DNA of 49,598 nt. Origin: Dimargaris cristalligena (Eukaryota). The stretch's first letter is position 1; the number at the start of each line of letters is the position of its first letter. Shown one piece after another: positions 46,629-49,598 of the stretch. The stretch lies in the NCBI GenBank assembly GCA_003614675.1, contig ML002276.1:1-49598 (forward strand). The letters are read 5' to 3'. The notes beneath the pieces are model-generated. The model was not told where the DNA came from. It did not search any database and saw only the letters and a list, made by a program, of their open reading frames with translations. Position numbers and translations under genes: made by a program.

Positions 46629-49527
46629 ATGGCCACTGATTCCCCGCCTACCCCGGCCGACACCCCGGTGTCCTTGACTCCCCTTGAAACCCTCAAGCTG
46701 AGTTCCGCTGACACCACGGGTCAGACCGACCTGTCGCACACCCCAGTCACCACATCACCCACCAGCCACTTCCTCAGCCTACTCACCAGTGGCTTTATCG
46801 ACGATGAACGGACCATAATCGCCGACAAAACCCTCACCCGGGCCGAGAAGCAGGAAAAAGTCACCCAGCTGTTTTCCCGGGCCTGCGCCAATGGCCAGGT
46901 CCCCCGGGTCAAGCAATTGTGGGATTCCGTGGGTCCCGAGTTCATTGACCTCAATGCCAAAGATGAGGACGGCACCACCCCGCTCATCAATGCCGCCTGC
47001 TTCGGCCATTCCGACGTCGCCGACTACCTATTGACCATCGGCTGCGAAGTGGACGCCCAGGATAAATTCGGCTGGACGGCCCTGATGTGGGCTACCAATA
47101 ACCACCACGACTCGCTGGTCCGCCTCCTCCTCGATAATGGTGCCAATTCCGCCACCAAGTCCGCCGGTGGAAAGACCGCTATGGATATGGTTCAACACGG
47201 CTATCAACAGGACAACGGCCAATCCCAGAAGGTCTATGATTTGATCTGCCAATCTGAGCAACATAGCAGCGCCGGGACTCCACAACGACGCACCGAGGGG
47301 TCCTCCGAGGGGTTTACCAATGCCCTGTATGTGCGGTTGGGTGCCGTCGCCCCCCTCGAACAGCGCCCTCTCTAGCGGCGGCCTCTTCTCCCCCGTTGGG
47401 GAAGGTCCCAGCACGCTATCCCCCCCGTCATTCTTTTCGCCGCCACGGACCAATGGCCCCGGCGAGGCCGGTACGGGTCGGCAACGCACCTCCTTTTCCA
47501 ACGGCCGGCCCGGCGGGGCCGATGGCGAACAGGGTGACACCATCTCCCGCAAAACCACGCGGTCCAACAGCTTAATGGAAGATACCGGCAGCATCACCAA
47601 CGAGGGCTACTACCGCGGCCCCGGCCTGACCCGCCGCCGGAGTGGGGAGGGCGAATTCGACTGGGACCAGTGTCTGCCCGACCAAATGTACGTACTATCC
47701 CGGTCCGCGCTGCCGCGGTTCCTGGAAGCGGTGATCCGGGACATGAGCCCATCCCTACGCCTGCGCAGTAATCCCCACGAGAAATTTATCCCAGCCAACC
47801 TCTTGTTCCTGGCCGCCCGGTACGCCTTTTACTTTAGCACGCCCGATTTCCTGACCGATTTCTTCGACCAAGTGTTTCTAGAGCTCGCCCAGCTTATCAA
47901 ACGGCACCATGCGGATTCGGAGGTACTGGCCTTCTGGTTGGCCAACTGCAACCTGCTCCTCTATTACCTGAAGAAGGACAGCGGGCTGGTGGTGGCCTGC
48001 GCAGCTGAACAGGGTCGACTGGCGGAGCTGACCCACGAGGCCTACCAGGCATTCGTGCGTAGTGTGGAGAAGCAATTGGACCAGCTGGTCCAGCCAGCCA
48101 TTATGGAGCACGAAGCCATCCCGGAACTATTCGCCGCCCTGAAATACGAACCCCGACCCACTTCTCGATTCGGCATCCCCCTGACTAGCCTGCAGCAGAC
48201 TACTCCCAAAAGCCAAAAACGGCGCAGTTTCTTTGGATTTGGCCGGAACTCGGCCGAGACCATTACCCCCGAGCTGCCGGGACTAAGGCGGTCGGCTTCC
48301 CTGGCGGCCCGGCGCAGTGGAATCCGGGCGAGCCAGCTCTTCCCCGTCAGTACTCCATCGGCCGCCCTGGGCCGGTCCACCCCTCAAATGATGGGTGGGC
48401 AATTACCGGGGGTGGCCGCGGGGTCCAAGTCCGAGTCGCTGGGACCCCGGCATATCAACCATCTCTTGTCAGCGACCCTAGGGGTGATCAAATCCTGCGG
48501 CCTCCACCCGAGTTTCGCCTTTTCCGCCCTCTGCCAGCTCTTTTACCATATTGGGGCCGAGGTCTTCAATATGCTCATGCTGACCCCGAACTACTGCTGC
48601 CGAGCCCGGGCTATGATGGTTCGCATGAATCTGACCCAAGTAGAAGATTGGACCCGCAGGCACCACCTCCCCGTAGCCTCCCTGAACGACAAACACCTGG
48701 GCCCCGTCATCCAGTGCCTCCAACTCCTCCAGTGCTTCTCTCAGCTACAGGATCTGCCCGCCTTTGTGGATCTGACCTCCAAGTTGGACCGGCTGAATCC
48801 TCTCCACTACCGGCTGGTGGCGGAAAACTACACGTACGAAGTGGGGGAAGGGCACGTAGCCCAGGACGTGCACGAATACATTTGCAAAGTGGCGGGGGAT
48901 ATCGAGGACGCCCAGCGGCAGGCCACTGAGACCCGAAAGTCGTGGGCGGCGCACGAGGAGAGTTCACGCCGATCATTTGGCCACAGCCAATACCTGGTCC
49001 CGGTAGGCGAAGAGGAAGGGGGAGGGTCTCCGCGGCGGAATAGCCATACCAGCCCTATTAAACTGACCAGTCCATCGTCACCCCAATCCAATACATCGCG
49101 CCGGTCCAATTCCTCTGGCGACCCGCCGATGCCCACCACCCCGACCTCTCAGACGTCGTTCGGCATTACGCTGGCGTCGACAGGTCCCCGCAAGGCCTTT
49201 GAAGGGTCGGCGTACGACCGCGGTGGTGCCAATGGCCCGGCGTCCCAACCCACCACGCCCCAAACTACCCGGGTTTTCCGGTCCCACCACCAGCTCTTCA
49301 AACCGGCCCACCTGTATAACAATGCCCAAAGTATGACCGATTTCATTGACCCGGACTATCTCCTCCCCTTCGCCATCCCCACCCCCGGCGAGCTGGAGTC
49401 GTGGTGGCTCAACGGGGGCAATACGTACACGGACGAGGACGGCCAGGAGCAGCCCGGCCATCCCGACGGCATTATCCCGATTGTGCCAGAGGATTATTTG
49501 GCGGAGCTGGATAAGCTCATTCCCTAG
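46629..49527 (+). CDS. Ankyrin-repeat + dilute (DIL) domain protein (yeast YPR089W-like), encoded in two frames joined near 47245-47375
   Basis: Frame 1 (ATG 46629): ankyrin repeats DEDGTTPLINAACFGH, DKFGWTALMWATNNHH. Frame 2: FDWDQCLPDQM, PANLLFLAARYA, LAFWLANC.LLLYYLKKD and DIL core QLFYHIGAEVFN...CRARAMMVRMNLTQVEDW...QCLQLLQC. Fungal homologues carry both parts in one protein. Confidence 0.85.
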
Positions 49528-49598
49528 GGCGCGGGAATGACTACATCCGTTCCCCCGGTCATTAGGGCGGGGCAGGAAGAAGGGCGGCGAGGGGAGTG

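Overview
Eukaryotic, intron-containing fungal DNA, most likely from an early-diverging (non-Dikarya) lineage such as Zoopagomycota or Mucoromycota; this is inferred from gene content and not confirmed. I can reconstruct 17 protein-coding genes, several multi-exon and not correctly represented in the ORF track. In order: a G/Q/N/Y/P-rich prion-like protein, RPC11, a BAP31/YET protein, an A20/AN1 zinc-finger protein, NDUFA9, a six-exon LOC1, a SWI3/RSC8/SMARCC subunit, a WW-WW-MyTH4-RhoGAP (ARHGAP39-like), HOG1, cyclophilin H, a PH-domain protein, an HSL-family esterase, a type I membrane protein, S-formylglutathione hydrolase, a sphingomyelin-synthase-family enzyme, a U11/U12 snRNP 25K homologue (SNRNP25) and an ankyrin+DIL protein split by a +1 frame break. 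No tRNA, rRNA, CRISPR array or transposon was recognised. Best leads: (1) a hidden minor-spliceosome gene; (2) the frame break in the ankyrin-DIL gene; (3) an SMS-type rather than Aur1-type sphingolipid synthase behind about 1.4 kb of AUG-free upstream sequence; (4) consistently distant branch points (about 40-90 nt from the 3' splice site); (5) an animal-like N-terminal module on the SWI3/SMARCC subunit. All exon structures are by-eye predictions without transcript data.
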